DNA of 64,000 nucleotides from Gemmatimonadales bacterium. Its GTDB lineage: Bacteria > Gemmatimonadota > Gemmatimonadetes > Gemmatimonadales > GWC2-71-9. Every line of letters starts with the position of its first letter. Positions within the stretch are counted from its first letter, which is position 1. The stretch covers positions 68,583 through 132,582 of the forward strand of contig OZ252291.1 of assembly GCA_965250155.1 (NCBI GenBank). The letters are read 5' to 3'. The translations under genes and the position numbers were made by a program. Below, in pieces: positions 1 through 8,900 of the stretch. The notes beneath the pieces are model-generated. The model was not told the DNA's origin and made no database searches. It saw only the letters and a list, made by a program, of their open reading frames with translations.

Positions 1-227
1 CCCACCGCATCCACCACGCAGACAACAGTGAGATTGGGGGCATCAAGATAAAAGTGTTCGCGCCGACGGTCACGGTGAGCGGCCCCATCAACGGCGACTT
101 CAGCGCCACGTTCAGCGGAGGAGACATCGAGCTGAGCGGAAGCCCGACGGGCAAGATAAAAGACCGCGTCCGCCTTACTTGTGCGATCCAACCCGGGGAT
201 GACATCACCTTTACGGTGGTGAGGTAG
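1..227 (+). CDS. hypothetical protein, C-terminal fragment (5' end outside window)
   Basis: Frame 3 is open from the window edge to TAG at 225-227 (...GDFSATFSGGDIELSGSPTGKIKDRVRLTCAIQPGDDITFTVVR*). A strong hairpin plus T5 follows at 354-386. No family recognised. Confidence 0.35.
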   Translation, partial: HRIHHADNSEIGGIKIKVFAPTVTVSGPINGDFSATFSGGDIELSGSPTGKIKDRVRLTCAIQPGDDITFTVVR

Positions 228-353
228 TGACGACCGTTGGACTTTCGTTTGCCGGGTGGTCGCCGGACGGGGAGATAGGCTAGGCTAGGACAGTTGCGTT
301 GACAAAGGTATTGGTTCGGCGTCACAGGCGTAGATTGGCCGGAGGCAGTGGAG

Positions 354-386
354 AAAGGGGCGGTTCCTTCGGGGGCCGCCCTTTTT
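354..386 (+). terminator. intrinsic terminator-like hairpin (10-bp stem, UUCG loop, T5 tail; AAA upstream so possibly bidirectional)
   Basis: aaaGGGGCGGTTCC-TTCG-GGGGCCGCCCttttt read directly. GC-rich stem with two G-U pairs, a tetraloop and a T-run. Confidence 0.6.
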
Positions 387-409
387 CATCCTTGGCCCTC
401 GGGCGTTGT

Positions 410-438
410 GCCCCGAGCGTCCTAGCGGCGTTCGGGGC
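410..438 (-). repeat. REP-like 29-bp palindromic unit, copy 1 (inverted orientation, 1 mismatch)
   Basis: The reverse complement reads GCCCCGAACGCCGCTaGGACGCTCGGGGC. The GCCCCGA/TCGGGGC arms can pair. Similarity to the 1027 copy extends about 85 bp. Confidence 0.85.
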
Positions 439-829
439 TTTTGTAGTTGAAACAAACACGGTTTGTGTTCAGGAAGTGTTGATGGTGCGGGTGAACGGGG
501 TTCATCAGCGCTCCACGCGTCACCCCTAATTTGCATTGCCACTGCAGGCTGACGGTTCAATTCAATTCCAGAGCGAGTTGCTGTAGACGCCCCCTCGAAA
601 CTGATCAAAGAAATCGTTCACCTCCGGGTGTTTAATGGGCTCCCTGCTGACGTCCGGTTCGAGATGCCGTTCAGCCACGTACGTTCCGCAAGCTGTTGAG
701 ATTGGCTCAACCGGAGATGGCCTGGCGTCATATCAAGCAAGGCCACGCTACTTAATATGCTTCCAGCGGTGCCCCCGCCAGCTCAGGAACCAGTCGCGCC
801 ATTGCATCGACGTCAAAGGTTACTTGCCG

Positions 830-1009
830 ATGCCCGAGCCGTTCCCCATCGGCACGATGGACGCCTTTGCGCGGGAGTTCCTTGCCAAGTGTCACGCCGA
901 GGCGCATCATCGAAGTGTGAAGGCGGGGCAGCCGCTCGTGCCATGTCTGTACTGCGGGCAGTCGTACTCGTGGCACGTGCTGACGGGTGTGTATTGGCAG
1001 GTAGCGTAG
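830..1009 (+). CDS. small hypothetical protein (59 aa; the start could also be 635)
   Basis: Third-position G+C is high in this frame (MPEPFPIGTMDAFAREFLAKCHAEAHHRSVKAGQPLVPCLYCGQSYSWHV...), unlike the overlapping antisense ORF 752..1240. Ends 18 nt before a REP copy. No homology recognised. Confidence 0.3.
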   Translation: MPEPFPIGTMDAFAREFLAKCHAEAHHRSVKAGQPLVPCLYCGQSYSWHVLTGVYWQVA

Positions 1010-1026
1010 TCCATTGCTACAACAAA

Positions 1027-1055
1027 GCCCCGAACGCCGCTGGGACGCTCGGGGC
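1027..1055 (+). repeat. REP-like 29-bp palindromic unit, copy 2
   Basis: GCCCCGAACGCCGCTGGGACGCTCGGGGC, lying between convergent genes. Its 3' arm can alternatively pair with the downstream CGCCCGAG (1060-1067). Confidence 0.85.
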
Positions 1056-1134
1056 ATTACGCCCGAGGCTAGGATGAGATGGGGTGGCCCTGAAGGAACC
1101 AACTTTGAGGCGGTGCACCATGTCGACCATTGTC

Positions 1135-1789
1135 CTAGCCGGCCGGGGGGAACTCCTCGAGAATCTTCTGCACCGCCGCGGTCACGTAGTGCCGAACCTG
1201 CTTTGGCTTGGGATCGTCGTCTAATCGATCCGTTGCCCAACCGCGCCAGATGAGCTCATTCGTGCGGCCGTCGACGATGTCCAGCACCAAGGTGCCTTGC
1301 ACGTACTGTCCGCACGATGGCGGGCCCGTAGTACGGTGAGAGGCCAAAATGTCCGAAGCCACCGTGGCCGAAATGACCATGCCCGAAGGAGTATGGGCTG
1401 TAGGACCCTCCGTACCCTCCGGAGTAGGTATCCGTTTCCTTCTCCGTGAGCACCTTGAAGGCGACTCGGAAGTCCGGCGCGCCTGACGCGTCCCTTCGGT
1501 AGCCCAGACGCGCGAGCTCACTATCGATCTCGCCTCGAATGCGCCGCTCGAGGATGGGGCTATGGATCGCGGGCTCCGCGCTGCCGGAGCCGTTTCCGTT
1601 GGTGGAGTATCCATCTCCGTTGTCGGCCACAAGGGGTTCATGCACCCCCTGGTCGACCCAATCATACGTGCGCAGCTCGGCAAATGATGCGAGCTCATCG
1701 TAGTCCGTTCGGACCTTCAGGGAGGCGCACCCTGCGATGGCAAGCACTACGAACGAGCTCAGTACGTTACGAAGTGTATATGCCTGCAT
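1135..1789 (-). pseudogene. DUF4136-like lipoprotein, reading frame broken once (about 1300-1335)
   Basis: The N-terminal part lies in ORF 1256..1933 from Met at 1789 (MQAYTLRNVLSSFVVLAIAGC, lipobox). The C-terminal part lies in ORF 1135..1698 (YVQGTLVLDIVDGRTNELIWRGWATDRL, as I recall for DUF4136). The two frames overlap around GGGCCC. Confidence 0.6.
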
Positions 1790-2153
1790 GTCTCTGTCCT
1801 TTCCAGGTCGTACCCGATGGCGCACTGCGACGCGCCATGATTCTCTACATCTCGTTAGGGTAACACGCGGCACCAGCGGCGAGTTCCGGAGCGGAAGTGG
1901 AACAAAGAGGAACACGAGCGGTTGGTGAGTCACCGCTCCAGCTCACGGTGGCGGTCCTCAACTCCTGCCACTCACTGCACGGCGGCACACGTGGCGATTG
2001 GTAAGCAGGTCGGGATTGCGCAGGAGGATCTCGAGGCGATCACGACGAGTGCTCCAAAAGCCCCCCAGGTTCGTGAGCAATATCACTGCTTTGGTTGTCC
2101 GCCGGATGCATTGTTTATGGACGGTGACGGGCCGATTGAAGGAAAAGAGAGTC

Positions 2154-2312
2154 ATGAAAGCGCCAACAACACTCGCCAAGCTGCTGCTAATCGCTGTGGT
2201 TGCCACTGTCGCAACCACGGGGTGCGGGACGACAGGGAATTTATCATCTAGGGGGGTCTCTCCCGACGAGCAGCAGCCGTTCGCATACGCAACAACAATT
2301 GGAGCGACATGA
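2154..2312 (+). CDS. small putative lipoprotein (52 aa)
   Basis: MKAPTTLAKLLLIAVVATVATTGC has a signal peptide and lipobox. ATG at 2154 is preceded by GGAAAAGAGAG. It is the internal part of ORF 1998..2312. Confidence 0.4.
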   Translation: MKAPTTLAKLLLIAVVATVATTGCGTTGNLSSRGVSPDEQQPFAYATTIGAT

Positions 2313-2484
2313 AGGTTTATCTGGTCCCCGCGAGTGGAGGCGGGCCCGTGCGGATCGGGACGGTCGGGAGTCTGGCTACGGAGCGGATTCCCCTGCGGGG
2401 ACGTATCAAGACTGAGTTACAAACTCAGGGATCGTTGCGTTTTCTGCTCAGGCCACAACCCGGCACCTTCGACCGGGAGGCGGT

Positions 2485-3027
2485 ATGACCCGCATCACCC
2501 TACTTGAACCGTTGACTAGGATATGCAGCCCAGCAGTATTCGTAATGCTTCTGTTCTTTGTGCAGCCCATGCAGGCGCAAAGCCTCAGGTCTTTCCCTGT
2601 GGATGATGGTCATATCTATATTGGACCCTTTCAGTTTGATAAACTGACAGCAATCGAACCACCGCCGGAGTTCTTGGCGTGGTGGAGTGAGATGAAAGCC
2701 TGTACAGGCATAAAGGCGGTTGTTCCAGAAGAAGATGATTTCAACCTCATCGGTTGGTTTTTCGCTGATGGTATATATAAATGGAGGGAATCCCTGCTCG
2801 GCATATATTTTGAAATCCCCCCGGAGATAATTATTAACCCTCCGGAAATAGTAGCTGCGCGAGATTCAACCCCTAGGTTGTTTGAGGACATTATAAAGCA
2901 TGAGATACTGCACCACTTGCTATACCTACAACACGGGCCTGTCAAGCAACAGCCGTTTAAGATGTTCACCTACTGTTTACCCTTAGCCGACGAATATCGT
3001 AAATATCATTACAAGGACGCTCGGTGA
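2485..3027 (+). CDS. secreted hypothetical protein with HExxH motif (possible small zincin-like peptidase)
   Basis: 180-aa ORF with a hydrophobic N-terminal signal (AVFVMLLFFVQPMQAQS) and the motif KHEILHHLLYLQH. The DNA is visibly AT-richer than its neighbours (for example tatatataaatgg). Confidence 0.55.
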   Translation: MTRITLLEPLTRICSPAVFVMLLFFVQPMQAQSLRSFPVDDGHIYIGPFQFDKLTAIEPPPEFLAWWSEMKACTGIKAVVPEEDDFNLIGWFFADGIYKWRESLLGIYFEIPPEIIINPPEIVAARDSTPRLFEDIIKHEILHHLLYLQHGPVKQQPFKMFTYCLPLADEYRKYHYKDAR

Positions 3028-3193
3028 CGACCGGATGGCTGTGGAGCGAATCAGCTTCATAACTGCAATGGCCTTCCTCGAAGAACCGAGCCGCGACGTC
3101 TGCTGCATGGGCTATTGTTAGGCGGCACCTCAACGAATATTGGAACAGGACCGGGAAGGCGCGAGGGGTCACGACCTGGTCAGAGAGAACAAA

Positions 3194-3222
3194 GCCCCGA
3201 ACGCCGCTGGGACGCTCGGGGC
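3194..3222 (+). repeat. REP-like 29-bp palindromic unit, copy 3
   Basis: Exact GCCCCGAACGCCGCTGGGACGCTCGGGGC preceded by ACAAA, as in copy 2. Confidence 0.85.
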
Positions 3223-3575
3223 GGTGTCATCATGGTAAAGGTACCAACCTCTCCTGCCTCCGTACCAGATCGGGAATCGTTCCCGGATTAATACGCCTTT
3301 CTCCACCGCTCTGACATTTCGTGAACCTCCCGGTGTCCATCGGGACCACCATGACGCCGCTGCACCCCGTCGAAAATGCCCTGAATGGATGCACCGCTCG
3401 GTGTACACACGGTCACCATAGTTCCCGCGCGCTGTTCGGGTTGCTGGCATGGCCCCTGCACAGCTAGGCATCCGCAGTTGGGCGGGCGTCCGGATGATTC
3501 GTCGTCATCGAGGCGCCTTAGCTCGAAAGACTACGTAGCTGCAATTCGGTAGATCATGGAAACAAAGGGGGCACA

Positions 3576-4556
3576 ATGTTCAAGCTGGGAACAGGAATGA
3601 CGTTCATTGCCGTGCTCGGCTTGGCGGGCTGCGGCATTGTCGATATCAACGGCGGCACGACCTTCCAGAGCGTGACCCGGCTGACTAGAAGCGATACGGG
3701 CGCGGCCACGATGGCGGCCGCTCAGACGTCGATCATGCGAAGCGCCGTCGAGAATTGCCCCACGGGATTCCAGTGTCTCACTCCAGACAATCTGGAAGGA
3801 CGGGTGTATTCAGGGAGCCTGATGGTCGGCGGCAATGGCAGCAGCCTCGGCTACGCCGTAACAACCGTTGGCGCCACAGAGGACGTAAGACGACGGCCCG
3901 ACTTAGGCAAAGACGGGACTCTAACCTTCAACCTGAACAGCACCACAGACTTCTCGGGAGACTATACCTGTTGTGGTGGATCGGCTTATCCAGCCGACGA
4001 AGACGCCATAGTGCGACAGCTGGAGTTCTCATTCGACTTCCTCGACGCCACCTTCACTGTGCCCGGCACCGCCGGACCCAGCATCGCCGGCAAGACATAT
4101 GCGATACGTCTCGTATATGTCCTCGAAACAGAGGTCGCAGATATTGCCAGCGACAGCACCGTTTCAGTCATGCTCGGCGACAAGCTCGTCCGCGTGCCGG
4201 GTGACAGTGCCTATAGGTGGTGTGACGACAGCGGCTGCTCCTTTGCCAGCCGTCCAGGCTCACCCCTGGCTGCTGCAGGCATAACAATCGATTCGGGTCC
4301 GGGGAACCAGAACTACGCGATTTTCAGCACCAATCTCACCGACAACACCAGCATCACCTTTACCCAAGCCGAAGCGCTTCAGGGAAACTGGATCTTTACC
4401 GTACACTTCGATCTGGAGGATGCCCTGAGATTCGATATCACCGACTGGAGCGCCGTCAGTTCCGTACAAGATCTCGTGGCCGCCTTCTCACGCTTCGGAG
4501 ACCACATCAACAACTCAACCAGCGTGCGCGTTTCGCTGACCAAGGCCCCGATGTAG
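3576..4556 (+). CDS. hypothetical lipoprotein
   Basis: 326-aa ORF. MFKLGTGMTFIAVLGLAGC is a signal peptide with lipobox, and AAGGGGG precedes the ATG. The protein is Thr/Ser/Gly/Asp-rich and looks beta-rich. No family recognised. Confidence 0.7.
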   Translation: MFKLGTGMTFIAVLGLAGCGIVDINGGTTFQSVTRLTRSDTGAATMAAAQTSIMRSAVENCPTGFQCLTPDNLEGRVYSGSLMVGGNGSSLGYAVTTVGATEDVRRRPDLGKDGTLTFNLNSTTDFSGDYTCCGGSAYPADEDAIVRQLEFSFDFLDATFTVPGTAGPSIAGKTYAIRLVYVLETEVADIASDSTVSVMLGDKLVRVPGDSAYRWCDDSGCSFASRPGSPLAAAGITIDSGPGNQNYAIFSTNLTDNTSITFTQAEALQGNWIFTVHFDLEDALRFDITDWSAVSSVQDLVAAFSRFGDHINNSTSVRVSLTKAPM

Positions 4557-5487
4557 TCCCCGGCCTACTATCAACTTTGAAGTGCAACACTGAGATGGTG
4601 GCGGCGTTTCGGCTCGTGACATAGGTCTTCATCGTCTCGACCGCGATCCGGCGGGCTCGGGGCGATCCGGCCGGACTCCGTGCCTGCGGAGTGCGTCAAG
4701 TATGTTGCTGTCAAAACTGGAGCACAAAATCCCTCTTTTTAGCGGTTGTTGCCCTGGCTCCACCGACCACTTAGCTAGACCCTCGCGAGCATATACCGCC
4801 CTGGAGGGCGACTTAGTTTAGAGAGGCGGGGCGGCCCGGCCGGGCTGTGCTCCCCGCAGTGGGGGACCGCCGGAAGCCTCCACCTTTCGGCGCGCGCTCC
4901 TCACCGATCACCCGTGGAGGGGAGTCTGTTGAACGTGTCACGGATGCTGATGCTTCCTCCGCCCCCACCAGGGAAACGGGCGACAACTGAGGAGGTACCC
5001 ACATCTGCTTATGTGTGGAGCATCCTGAAGAAGGGACACTAAGCACGCAACTGGGGCGAGTCGGGTCAGGTACATGGGTCCTACCTCGCTGCCGTTTCCG
5101 AGTATCCGCAAAGTAGGGGCCTGTTCCGTCGGTGTGCAAGACTCCACTCCGCAAGAACTCACGAGAATCGCGATGTGGACTCTTGCCAGGATTTACACCG
5201 GACACATGACGTTGGGCCAATGCCCAACTACCACCATCTCTCCCCCCCTTAGAGGAGAGAGTGGGAGTAAGGGTGGAGCTTGGGGTTTGATCAGGGCTAG
5301 TAGCGCTCTTGCGGGCCTATGTACCTCGCTTTATTGTCATGCTGATCGGTGGCCTTCGTGGCCCCGCCGCCGCAGTAGACGCCCCCGTAGGACACCGTAG
5401 TACGATGCCTCCGCAGGGACGCCCTCCTGACGACGAGACTGACAGGTCGGTCGAGACGCTAGAACCTTGTTGAATTGGAGGTGAGAC

Positions 5488-5958
5488 ATGCAGGCAGCAT
5501 GGAGCAAGTGGGCGCCGATGCCGCTTCGGCTGATCATCGGATTCGGATTCGTTTATCACGGGTTCCCCAAACTGTTTAGTAGCCAGGGACACGACATGTT
5601 CTTGGGCATGTTACAGAACATTGGGGTACCGGCGGCCGGATTGATGGCATGGGCAGTGGGAATCGTAGAGTTCCTTGGCGGGCTCGCACTCATTGTTGGC
5701 GCGTTCGTACCAATCATATCGGTGCTGCTCATCATCAATATGCTCGTCGCTCTGTTCACGGTGGCTCTTCCGAACGGGTTCAATTTCATGCACATCACCG
5801 GCATGACTGAGGCCGGTCCGCAGTTTGGGATGCCCGGAATGGAGGTAAACTTACTGTACATTGCGGGCTTGCTCGCGCTGTTCCTGCGCGGCCCCGCTCA
5901 CATGTCCGTGGATCAGATGCTGGCGGAAAAGAAGGGGGGCGGAGGGGCCGCCGCGTAG
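5488..5958 (+). CDS. DoxX family membrane protein
   Basis: MPLRLIIGFGFVYHGFPKLF... with four hydrophobic segments typical of DoxX. A GGAGGTGAG SD lies upstream. Confidence 0.8.
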   Translation: MQAAWSKWAPMPLRLIIGFGFVYHGFPKLFSSQGHDMFLGMLQNIGVPAAGLMAWAVGIVEFLGGLALIVGAFVPIISVLLIINMLVALFTVALPNGFNFMHITGMTEAGPQFGMPGMEVNLLYIAGLLALFLRGPAHMSVDQMLAEKKGGGGAAA

Positions 5959-5974
5959 GCGTCGAGCGGGAGAT

Positions 5975-6262
5975 CCTTAGCCTGCGCGTACGCCCGGATC
6001 CGAACCTGTTGCGCCTCGCCGCTGCGGTACGACGGAAGTGATCGAGGAGGCGGTCGATCACCCGGGGCTCCGTGATGAAGGCAACGATGCGCATGGTTTG
6101 CCCGCAGCGGGGACGTTCCAGGGGCTCAACTTCGAAAGCGCTGGAGCACCTGGCCCTTGTTGGGAATGTGGCTCGCCACGCGCGCCAGGAATTCCAGGAC
6201 GTCAGCGTCTCGCTGCCCACGGGTGGGACCCGTCGGCTTCGGGATGAGTTTCTTTCCAGGGC
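5975..6262 (-). mobile_element. IS91-family-like transposase remnant (C-terminal pieces only, frameshifted and internally deleted)
   Basis: Minus-strand frames read ...DVLEFLARVASHIPNKGQVLQRF and, in another frame, FEVEPLERPRCGQTMRIVAFITEPRVIDRLLDHF. These match the ...HiP.kG...RyyG and CP.CGG.MRiiAfI C-terminal motifs of IS91-type transposases. No catalytic N-terminal part is present. Confidence 0.5.
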
Positions 6263-6475
6263 ATCCTCATTGTTGCTGGAGCCCTCTGTCACCCATCCCC
6301 CCGGTTTGATCTGTTACCTATCCGCTCGGTCTGTACAATTCCCGGACGGCTAGCACAGAACCACGTTTCCCCGACGGGGAATTTGTCTTCCTCGACGGGG
6401 AAACTCTGGTCCCAGCGCTGTACTCGATCTTCTTGCGGGCGAGCTATCGCGACTACGACTACAGAGCGAAGTCGC

Positions 6476-7075
6476 TCAGTACCGCCCCCAGTCGGCGCTC
6501 TGGACGAAGGTGAAGGATGGAGGCCCCTGGACGTCGGCGGCTTGCATCGCCTGTTTGAGATCGGGCGACGAGGTGAATGCCTTGAGGGCGTCGTTCGACT
6601 CGGCCTGCAGGTACACGATAACTGTATTCAGTGAGTCGGCGGCGCGATTGACCGCGTAGCCGAGGATGCCGGCCTTGGCGCGGGCGTCGAAGTGGTCGTC
6701 GAAAGCTTTCTTCCAGGCGTCGAAGTCAGCGACCTCGTGGCGGACGATGACGTCGGCGAGCTCGCGGTCCTTGACGGTGTGGTCGACGATGGGCGTCATC
6801 AAGGTGATCGTTGGCGGTCCCTCAACGCCGGCGCCCTTCATCGCGGCCTTCAATGCGTCGCTGCTGAGGAAGGCCTTCAATGCGTCGCCGTCGGTCGCCG
6901 GCAGGTAAACCGACAGCTGGTTCGGGTCGTCAGCGCCTCGGTCGATGTGGTGGCCGAGAATGCTGGCCTGCTTGCGCGCGCCGGCGTGGGCGTCGAACGC
7001 CGCTTTCCATTTGTCGTAATCCGATACGTTGTGCATGACAACGACGGCGACGGGCGGGATGGTGGCTTCGGGCAT
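6476..7075 (-). CDS. hypothetical protein made of two tandem ~95-aa alpha+beta (Dabb/ABM-like) repeats
   Basis: Repeat A is VVVMHNVSDYDKWKAAFDAHAGARKQASILGHHIDRGADDPNQLSVYL...DALKAFLSSDALKAAMKGAGVEGPP. Repeat B is VIVRHEVADFDAWKKAFDDHFDARAKAGILGYAVNRAADSLNTVIVYL...DALKAFTSSPDLKQAMQAADVQGPP. Met at 7075 has an AGGAGA SD. Confidence 0.7.
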   Translation of the reverse strand: MPEATIPPVAVVVMHNVSDYDKWKAAFDAHAGARKQASILGHHIDRGADDPNQLSVYLPATDGDALKAFLSSDALKAAMKGAGVEGPPTITLMTPIVDHTVKDRELADVIVRHEVADFDAWKKAFDDHFDARAKAGILGYAVNRAADSLNTVIVYLQAESNDALKAFTSSPDLKQAMQAADVQGPPSFTFVQSADWGRY

Positions 7076-7192
7076 GGCTCTCTCCTTGGTGACGGTTTTG
7101 GTGTTGGTTTCGATGGCTCTGCTCGCCGGAGCGCCGCTGCAGCCCTCCCACGATGAGCCCCATTGCAATGGCTGCGTGCGATATAACTGAAT

Positions 7193-7375
7193 TCAATGGA
7201 GCGGCTTATCGGGACGATCCAGCGAATCGTGGATAATTTCCGCGTGTTCAGGGCAGCACCACAGGCCGCTCTCTAGTTCGATCGTCGCTGGCTTACCGCA
7301 GCGAACCCTCGGGTCAGCAACGTCGCTCCCCGCAGGTTCCTCCTCGTAGGCGACCACATATTGGCAGAACTGCAT
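7193..7375 (-). CDS. small Cys-rich hypothetical protein (60 aa)
   Basis: MQFCQYVV...RVRCGKPATIELESGLWCCPEHAEIIH, with moderately high third-position G+C. No homology recognised. Confidence 0.3.
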   Translation of the reverse strand: MQFCQYVVAYEEEPAGSDVADPRVRCGKPATIELESGLWCCPEHAEIIHDSLDRPDKPLH

Positions 7376-7553
7376 GTGTAGTGATTCTACGTGAAAGTGG
7401 TCGCTGGTGATAGAGTTTCGTGTGCTTCTTCCAGACGGGGGTGAGATAGCGACGTAGCGATGCGTCAAGGGCAGAGAAGCGACGCATAGCGAAGCCCTTG
7501 CAGAAAGAGGGCCACCGTAGTCAACGCGGCTTAACGCACAAATCGGCCAAGAA

Positions 7554-7582
7554 GCCCCGAACGCCGCTGGGACGCTCGGGGC
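7554..7582 (+). repeat. REP-like 29-bp palindromic unit, copy 4
   Basis: Exact GCCCCGAACGCCGCTGGGACGCTCGGGGC, located 25 nt downstream of the amidohydrolase fragment stop. Confidence 0.85.
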
Positions 7583-7606
7583 GTAATGAATTCACGGACC
7601 GGGGCA

Positions 7607-8287
7607 TTAGTTTCGCTCCGGCCGCAACTTCTCCGGATCGAACACCCACCCGCCTTTGATCACCCGCCAGATGGCCTGCGTGTTCTTGATGTCCTCCAAC
7701 GGATTCGCATCGAGCAGCACGACGTCGGCGAGCTTGCCAACCTCCAGCGTGCCGAGGTGCTCTTCCGCACCCACCGCTTCAGCTCCCCCCTGGGTAGCGA
7801 TGCGCAGCACGTCGAGCGGCGGGATGCCGGCCTGAACAAAGTATTCCAGCTCCCAGTGAAGAGACGACCCAGGGAACCGAAAGGCGTAGTCGGTGCCCGC
7901 CAGGAGCTTGACGCCGCGGAGATGCGCCGCGCGAATGCTTGCCAGCGCTTCCGCCCAATTCCCTCGCGAGGCTCTGGAACCCGCCGCCCCGATGGACTCA
8001 ACCCGAATTTCCACTTTGCTAAAAGCCCGAAGCTTGGCGTCCGCCAGACGTTCGGGCTCATCGTAAAGCAACAAGCGAATGCCACCGATCACTCCCAGCG
8101 TGGGGTCCCACCGCGTCCCAGCCAGTGCCAGCATTTGGAGCACGTCGTCATACTGGCGCTCCCTACGAAGATGCTCGAGACTCGCGTAGCCCAGGGTTAC
8201 GCTCTTGGTGGTTAGCTCCAAGTGATCATTGTGTCCCACCACCGGTAAACCCAGCCGGTCTGGCGCCGAGTGATCGATGGGAAGCGC
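7607..8287 (-). pseudogene. amidohydrolase-family protein, N-terminally truncated (C-terminal ~225 aa only)
   Basis: The C-terminal half is typical of metal-dependent amidohydrolases (LAGTDYAF...LHWELEYFVQAGIPPLDVLRIATQGGAEAVG...GTLEVGKLADVVLLDANPLEDI). The upstream part of ORF 7607..8500 is Arg/Ser-rich nonsense and overlaps the DUF2867 gene on the other strand. Confidence 0.6.
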
Positions 8288-8900
8288 TGACCGTGGCGTG
8301 CGAGTCGACCCGGCCGATTTCCGCGCGCTCCCGCTCCGTGCGCACGAACTCCTCGTGGACATTCCGCTGCATGACGCGTGGCGCTTCCGGCTCCGCGGTG
8401 GTGGTCCGGGCGTGACGGTGCGAGACGCGATTGACCTGTTCGTCCGGATGGACACCTCGGGAATCAGCCGATCCGCACGTCTGCTGTTCGCGCTGCGCAC
8501 AGGATTAGGGCGAGTGTTCGGCTGGGACCGCGAAGACCCAACGGCGTGCCTGCGTTCCTACGTCCTGCGGCTCTCGGCGGAGGACCGCGCGCGATCGCTC
8601 GACGAGCCGGGCTTGCAGCGCGGCTTTTGGAAGTCTGTGTATACGTTCGAGCATGAGGCGCTGGGCGAGGTCATCAACCGCACGGTGCACGCATTCCTGC
8701 TCTTCGCGCTCGAGTCGGCGGGAGACGAGCACACGCTGTACTGGGGGATCTACGTCAAGCCGGTCAACCCGTTTACCCCGTTCTACATGGCACTGATCGA
8801 TCCGTTCCGTCGGCGCCTAATCTATCCCGCGCTCGTGCGCCGGTTCGAGACGGCCTGGCGCGAGCAATGGAAGAGCGGTGCGGCCCTGGAGGAAGAATGA
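8277..8900 (+). CDS. DUF2867 domain protein
   Basis: LHDAWRFRLRGGGPG...ARLLFALRTGLGRVFGWD fits the pattern I recall for DUF2867. 207-aa ORF ending in an ATGA overlap with the next gene. Confidence 0.65.
   Translation: MGSADRGVRVDPADFRALPLRAHELLVDIPLHDAWRFRLRGGGPGVTVRDAIDLFVRMDTSGISRSARLLFALRTGLGRVFGWDREDPTACLRSYVLRLSAEDRARSLDEPGLQRGFWKSVYTFEHEALGEVINRTVHAFLLFALESAGDEHTLYWGIYVKPVNPFTPFYMALIDPFRRRLIYPALVRRFETAWREQWKSGAALEEE

Noticed and set aside
3169-3471. 100-aa minus-strand ORF.
   Set aside because: It runs through a REP copy, has a Trp/Arg/Gly-rich composition and no recognisable motif.
4557-5487. Possible group II intron, RNase P RNA, tmRNA or SRP RNA in the ORF-free gap.
   Set aside because: A GTGCG occurs at 4691, but I found no domain-V-like hairpin. 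I also found no GGAAAGTCCGGGC (RNase P) motif, no tag ORF or T-arm (tmRNA) and no SRP GGAA/AGCA motif. These known classes are not supported, but the gap remains unexplained.
5795-5974. The 3' part of minus-strand ORF 5795..6292 overlapping doxX.
   Set aside because: Only the segment at about 5975-6262 resembles a transposase. The remainder is Arg/Pro-rich and antisense to DoxX.
7586-8215. 209-aa plus-strand ORF.
   Set aside because: It is antisense to the recognisable amidohydrolase C-terminal half and matches no family pattern.
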